A stretch of 64,000 nucleotides of DNA, from the IMG/VR virus record IMGVR_UViG_3300020395_000002, positions 1-64,000 of that record; one strand, written 5' to 3'. Both the position numbers and the translations under genes were made by a program. Of this stretch, positions 58,710-64,000 are shown piece after piece; within the stretch, counting starts at the first letter, position 1, and every line of letters starts with the position of its first letter. Source of the stretch: a virus. The notes under the pieces were generated by a model. The model saw only the letters and a program-made list of their open reading frames with translations. It was not told the DNA's origin and searched no databases.

Positions 58710-59627
58710 ATGGCACTCACAATTGATGTTGGTAAGATAAAAATCAAGTGGTTAGGCACGTACAATAGTGGTACTGCTTATGAACCTGATGATGCAGTTA
58801 GTTTCTATGATGGAGCAACCACGTCTGCATATATCTGTGTAGCTAACAGTACAGGGAACGACCCTGCAAACAATAACACACCACACGCAAGTTGGAATTA
58901 CTTGGCACGTGGTACAGAGTCAGCTTCAGGTGGTAGTGCTGACGGACAAGTCCAGTATAAAACTGGCACAGGTTTTGGTGGAGAGACAGGGTTCTCATAT
59001 GATGCTGCAACAGACACACTGACAGCACCTAATGCCACGATCACGGGTAATCTTACTGTACAAGGCACTCAGACCACAGTAAATACAACGAATACTACCA
59101 TCTCAGATAATACTATTGTTCTCAACTCTGGTGAAACTGGTGCTGGTATTCAACACGCAGATGGTGACTCTGGTATTGAAATTGAAAGAGGTACTGAACT
59201 CAACGCTAAGTTCTCATTTAAAGAGACAGAAGATTACTTTACTGCTGAAATAGGATCCAACCCTGCTAGACTACACGTACCTTCATACTCAGAGAAGGTT
59301 CAGAGTGAAAGTATATCATCTGGTAGTGTACCAATCGACCTTACACAGGCCGCTATTTTTATGGTCACACTCACCGAGAACATTACTGGGTTTGCTGTAA
59401 CTGGTGAGCAAGCAGCAGCATCAACTAGTTTTGTACTTGTTCTGACACAGGATGGTGTAGGTGGTAGGACTGTTGATCTAACTAACTTTGTAGGTCGTAC
59501 AGTTAAATGGGCTGGTGGTGTTGTACCAACAGTATCTACTAACCCTAACGCTATCGATATTTTCCTATTCACTACCTTTACAGGTGGTACAATTTACCAC
59601 GGATTTACATCTGGTCAAGAGTTCTAA
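58710..59627 (+). CDS. Tail fibre/adaptor protein 2 (paralog of 55726-56982)
   Basis: Same IDVGKIK N-terminus and KWAGG..PT...DIF.F.T..GG..G C-terminus. Confidence 0.75.
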   Translation: MALTIDVGKIKIKWLGTYNSGTAYEPDDAVSFYDGATTSAYICVANSTGNDPANNNTPHASWNYLARGTESASGGSADGQVQYKTGTGFGGETGFSYDAATDTLTAPNATITGNLTVQGTQTTVNTTNTTISDNTIVLNSGETGAGIQHADGDSGIEIERGTELNAKFSFKETEDYFTAEIGSNPARLHVPSYSEKVQSESISSGSVPIDLTQAAIFMVTLTENITGFAVTGEQAAASTSFVLVLTQDGVGGRTVDLTNFVGRTVKWAGGVVPTVSTNPNAIDIFLFTTFTGGTIYHGFTSGQEF

Positions 59628-59630
59628 ACA

Positions 59631-62600
59631 ATGGCATTATTCTCTGGAAAGATGATGGCCTCTGGTGCAGGAGGCAATTTCTATACATTACTAGAAGCTA
59701 AGCGTGCTACATTAAATGACGCTAGTTACCGTAAACCTACTGGAATGTTCGATGTAGCTACATCGAGTTCTGGTGAGGTTTATACTCTTAATGGAGAAAG
59801 AAACCCTTTAACTGGTTTATACAATGCAGTTATTGCTAAGATAGGATCCATTGGTGGTGTGTCGTGGCAATATACTATATCGTCAGCAAAGAACTGCTAC
59901 CCTTGTGCACTCGGATGTAATACAGCAGATAATAGTGTATACATTGTAGTAATGGAGACCACTGATCTTAGTGGTGCAAACAATTATAACGGTAAGAGAT
60001 CAGACGATTCAACTGCTGCTTGGCAAGATGGTACTAACGATGCGAGGTACCATTTCGTTAAGTTTAGTGCGTCAGGTACTAGAGTATGGGAGAATGAATA
60101 TGTTAGTTCAAATGCTACCAGTTATCCATCTGCAATAAGCAAAGTAGAAGGAGGAAATACTGCACACACATATAGTAATGTATTCTTTAATAGAAGTCTA
60201 TCACAAGCAGATGCAGCATTAATGGGTGCACCTGACCTTCAGTTGTTTAGAAATGTAGGTCATCCAGGTAGAAACCCAACAGATAATACTCCTTGGAATC
60301 ACATAATTTCTACAAGACCTAACAATGAAACATTTGCTACTCTTGGTGTAGATTGTCAGGATATAAGATCACACGACGTATATTCATTAGATGGTCCTCA
60401 CTTCGGTGGTAGACCACAGTCAACATCCAACATTGTAATGGATGTACCTAACTTGTGCTTCTACATACTGGTTGCTGCTAATGCTACTGGTACTGACTTC
60501 TCATTGTCTAAGAGCACAATGCATATCCTTAAGGTACCTTTTACTGGTGTCTCTATCAATGCTAGAGAGATAGTATATCCTGGTAGCTGGGATCAGAATG
60601 CTAAGATCACACTGGATAGTAGTGGACACCTATGTATACCTTGGACTAGTACAACTAAAGAGCGTAGATATCATAATTCAGCTGGTAGTGTAGGTGGTGC
60701 TGCTGGTAACCAGTGGTACTATATGTTCTGTGATACAGGAAATACTGCTAACCGTGACACTGAGAACTTAGGTGCTTACTTAAGGTATGATTTCAGTCAG
60801 TCAAATGACTTTGAACTAGTACGTTATGGTCAGTCAACTGAAGTTGTGGTACCTAAAGTATGTAAGGTAGAGAAAGAATGGGGTGCTGGTACAACCTATG
60901 AGTATGTTACCACTGCTGGACTATCACCTGCGTCAACATCTCAGATGGGTGGCACAGGTATGGGTAGAAGTAATAACTCAGAGTATGGAAAGTTTGGTAG
61001 ATACCATAACTTTGTAGGACTCCAGAAAGTAACCAAGGCAACAGGTGCATTTGAATGGGTTCGTAACTTCTTTGCTATCCCTAATGACCTTGTTAAGATG
61101 GGAGGTGGAGAAGGTTCAGACACTAGTAGTCATAGAAGGAGTGTAGGACTACCACAGATATCAGTTTCTGATAGTAAGGTATTTGCCAATGGAATATATT
61201 ATGTTGGCAATGTAGTGTATCAAACTCAAAAGATACCAACGAGTGCACCATATAGAAATCAGAATAGTTATATTGGATGGATAGCTAAGGTTAATTTTGA
61301 TGGATCCATAGACTATATCAGAGAGGTTAGAAGTTTAGTAGATAATATTCTAGAGTATACTAATAATAATGCAGGAGAGTTCCCTCCATATTATTATAAC
61401 TCAGAGCAGAATGGTGGTGTATTGTTAGATAGCATCAACTTCGATGCATTCAACAATATGATAGTCACTGCACGTCACGTTAGTGATAGTAATGTTGGAT
61501 CATCTGGTCATTTTGTTGATAATATGGTATTGAAACTACCTCACAATGGTGACTTGATTGGACCAATTGAGGTAAGAGATCTATTCCCACCAGTAGGAAC
61601 TACTGATCTTAGACTCAGGAGATTTACATACACTCCATCATCATTGATTAGATGTTGGGAAGAAATGTTATATGATAACAATGTAACTGCTAGTCAGTAC
61701 ACTGAGCCATATGGACTATTGAGACTATGTACTGGTTGGAACAACTATACAGGTCAGGAAGTAAATCCATCACAGATAGGTCCACAACAAAAGGATGCAA
61801 CATATCAAGCAACAACTGGTATTAGTCCTCTTAGACTAGCCACGTTAGATAATGGTACATATACTGGTAGATTCTTATGGCAGACACCAACACAGAATCT
61901 ACAGTTAGATACTACTAGCACTAGAGCGTGGGATAGAGCAGAGCGTCGTAGTTCTCAAGGTATATTCTTACAGACACTAGAAGAAACAACTGGTGTTAAT
62001 AAAGTAATTGAACCTAAGGCATCTTGCCCTGCTTGGGTGTTTGTTGATCAGACAGTTAATACTGACAACGCACAAACAGACTTTGATGCTGCTAGCTACA
62101 CTAAACTGATAGGTACTGGAGACCTAGAACCCTCAAGAATTAAGAAACAAGAGCATCCTAATGGTATTACTACTATATCACAGTATTGGGATGGAACAGG
62201 ATTACGCAAACAGATTCTCAGCCGTCACGGTCCAACTGGTGGTGTTGAGACTAGAATATATGATACAGGGTATAACACATATCCTAAAGATGTGGTAACA
62301 GATGAGGTAGGTAACATATACACAGTTGGTTGGACTGCTGATACAACTGGTAGTAACAACTATGGTGTAGGTTATATCGTTTGTTATGATAAGAATCTAT
62401 CATTCCAATGGGATTACAGATTTACTATCAATGATACAACATCACTAGTTGATGCAGTTGCTAACTCTCAGTTACACTGTGCAGCAGTCACAATGACTAG
62501 TGCCAACACTGCTAAACTATATGTTGGTGGACATTATACCTCAGTATCATCCACAGTACCAACACAACACGCAATAGTAACTGCTATTGCTTTGGACGTA

Positions 62601-63854
62601 GCTGGTAGTGGTGCATCTACATTAAACAACACATCATTTACTGGTGCTACTGTTGAGGTTGGTGGAGGTACATCAAACAACGCAATTGATGGTGTATTTG
62701 GTTTAGATGTTAAACAAACAGACTCAGATGATGGAAATAAATGTTACGTAGGATATGCAGGAGCACTCTATGACACGACAGGAGCTACTACTCGTGGAAT
62801 GTATGGTATTATTGAATATAATGGTACTGTTCCTAATGTCACATACCAATCATCTAACTCTTCAGGATATATCATCGGTGATGATCTTAAATTAAGTTCG
62901 TTTAGTTTCAGAAAGGCAGTTGATGCATATCAGGATACAAATAAGTATTCTAGTCAATGGGGTCATACATTTGCAGTTGGTGGAGAAGAAACACAGTCAA
63001 GTAAAACTAATGCTGTAGTTCTTATTGCTTCACAGGAACAGAATAGAGGTTCATACACAGTAACAGCACATAATAGTGCTAACTATTGGAATCATCCATT
63101 CTCACAGACATCATTTGTTATCAACAACTCTCAAGGTGCTGATATAGTTAAAGATCTACGATGGGGATTCATTGAAGTTCCTGGTACAGATGCTGCATAC
63201 TCTGATCTTGGTGGTAGTGTATACAACTATGGTGAACAGAGGTTCTTCCAACAAGGATGTTGGGAGGATAGACTATTTGTTCTCACCTCTATAACTAATC
63301 AGTTCTCACAACTTGATAGTTATATTGTTGAGGTCACATCAGGTCTATTAGGACACGATATTGGTAGTGGTGGTACACCATATAATAAAACACCTGACAA
63401 AGCTAATGTTACACGTATTGGTAAGATAAGCACATCAGGTATCACTGAACCTGCTGGTCTTGTTATCAATGGTCCTGAACACGGTACTATAATGACATCA
63501 TCTACTGCTGCTAACAGTGGTACTCCTAATGATCGTCAGTGCTTGACAACGAAGATCCCACTGGATATGAGTAAGCAAGATGCTAGCTACAGAGAAGTAG
63601 GATCGCAGTATGTTTACTGGTCTAAACCAGATACATCGATGGCAATCATAGCTCGTGGTACATTTAATGTAGAGTTTACTACTATTGACTCTAATACATC
63701 ATCATACCGTGATGGTACAAGATTCTGGTTTGCAGTAGACAGTGCTGTAACTGATCTAGGTGCTTGGACTGGATCTACTAATATGAATGATATTAGTGTT
63801 GCTGGTACATTCTCTATCGTAACTAAAGACCTACAACAGTTCAAACAGTCTTAA
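59631..63854 (+). CDS. Large beta-rich, probably beta-propeller, virion protein
   Basis: Repeats such as DVVTDEVGNIYTVGWT and IAKV..DG..W/Y; 1407 aa. Confidence 0.65.
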   Translation: MALFSGKMMASGAGGNFYTLLEAKRATLNDASYRKPTGMFDVATSSSGEVYTLNGERNPLTGLYNAVIAKIGSIGGVSWQYTISSAKNCYPCALGCNTADNSVYIVVMETTDLSGANNYNGKRSDDSTAAWQDGTNDARYHFVKFSASGTRVWENEYVSSNATSYPSAISKVEGGNTAHTYSNVFFNRSLSQADAALMGAPDLQLFRNVGHPGRNPTDNTPWNHIISTRPNNETFATLGVDCQDIRSHDVYSLDGPHFGGRPQSTSNIVMDVPNLCFYILVAANATGTDFSLSKSTMHILKVPFTGVSINAREIVYPGSWDQNAKITLDSSGHLCIPWTSTTKERRYHNSAGSVGGAAGNQWYYMFCDTGNTANRDTENLGAYLRYDFSQSNDFELVRYGQSTEVVVPKVCKVEKEWGAGTTYEYVTTAGLSPASTSQMGGTGMGRSNNSEYGKFGRYHNFVGLQKVTKATGAFEWVRNFFAIPNDLVKMGGGEGSDTSSHRRSVGLPQISVSDSKVFANGIYYVGNVVYQTQKIPTSAPYRNQNSYIGWIAKVNFDGSIDYIREVRSLVDNILEYTNNNAGEFPPYYYNSEQNGGVLLDSINFDAFNNMIVTARHVSDSNVGSSGHFVDNMVLKLPHNGDLIGPIEVRDLFPPVGTTDLRLRRFTYTPSSLIRCWEEMLYDNNVTASQYTEPYGLLRLCTGWNNYTGQEVNPSQIGPQQKDATYQATTGISPLRLATLDNGTYTGRFLWQTPTQNLQLDTTSTRAWDRAERRSSQGIFLQTLEETTGVNKVIEPKASCPAWVFVDQTVNTDNAQTDFDAASYTKLIGTGDLEPSRIKKQEHPNGITTISQYWDGTGLRKQILSRHGPTGGVETRIYDTGYNTYPKDVVTDEVGNIYTVGWTADTTGSNNYGVGYIVCYDKNLSFQWDYRFTINDTTSLVDAVANSQLHCAAVTMTSANTAKLYVGGHYTSVSSTVPTQHAIVTAIALDVAGSGASTLNNTSFTGATVEVGGGTSNNAIDGVFGLDVKQTDSDDGNKCYVGYAGALYDTTGATTRGMYGIIEYNGTVPNVTYQSSNSSGYIIGDDLKLSSFSFRKAVDAYQDTNKYSSQWGHTFAVGGEETQSSKTNAVVLIASQEQNRGSYTVTAHNSANYWNHPFSQTSFVINNSQGADIVKDLRWGFIEVPGTDAAYSDLGGSVYNYGEQRFFQQGCWEDRLFVLTSITNQFSQLDSYIVEVTSGLLGHDIGSGGTPYNKTPDKANVTRIGKISTSGITEPAGLVINGPEHGTIMTSSTAANSGTPNDRQCLTTKIPLDMSKQDASYREVGSQYVYWSKPDTSMAIIARGTFNVEFTTIDSNTSSYRDGTRFWFAVDSAVTDLGAWTGSTNMNDISVAGTFSIVTKDLQQFKQS

Positions 63855-63921
63855 GATAATATAAAATTGAGGTTAGACCTCATAAATATGTGTTAAGATC
63901 AACACAACTACGCAGGAACCA

Positions 63922-64000
63922 ATGGGAGCACATTCAAATCCATCATTACACACTCAGAATAGTACTGTTGACCTAACAGACCACCGTGATTTGGTGCTCA
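63922..64000 (+). CDS. Start of a further late ORF (truncated)
   Basis: ATAAATA at 63882, AGGA RBS, ATG 63922, open to the window end. Confidence 0.5.
   Translation, partial: MGAHSNPSLHTQNSTVDLTDHRDLVL

Noticed and set aside
1-64000. tRNA genes, integrase/transposase, diversity-generating retroelement
   Set aside because: No cloverleaf, recombinase or reverse transcriptase recognised; intergenic gaps are short and otherwise explained

Overview
64-kb segment of a T4-like marine cyanophage (cyanomyovirus, probably Prochlorococcus-infecting judging by the D1 sequence and low GC). Nt 1-13.3 kb hold host-derived and accessory genes (3' part of psbA, DenV-like glycosylase, purN, glutaredoxin, four 2OG-Fe(II) oxygenases, thyX, phoH, exonuclease, gp33, DUF1825, a ParB-like ORF, gp32). 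A short minus-strand block follows (expanded gp53, gp48, gp2, gp4), then a long plus-strand late region: gp54, gp26, gp51, tape-measure/M23 peptidase, gp27-like hub, cp12, split gp5, a large virion protein, three tail-collar fibres, more 2OG oxygenases, a 3263-aa subtilase/YHYH/cupredoxin protein and two adaptor-plus-tip fibre cassettes. Most notable: (1) a nitrogen-sensing cassette at 3645-4144 with an NtcA box, a sigma70 promoter and two tandem glutamine-riboswitch-like aptamers, the second carrying an unlisted 53-codon ORF that starts at and runs through its P2 loop, upstream of a DUF4278 peptide; (2) a dispersed A-tract/CTCGGC/T-tract element in front of non-structural genes inserted in the late region; (3) apparent absence of CATG; (4) nested copper-site domains in the giant protease and a Reelin-like insert in gp53. 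All calls are from motif recognition by eye; no searches were run.
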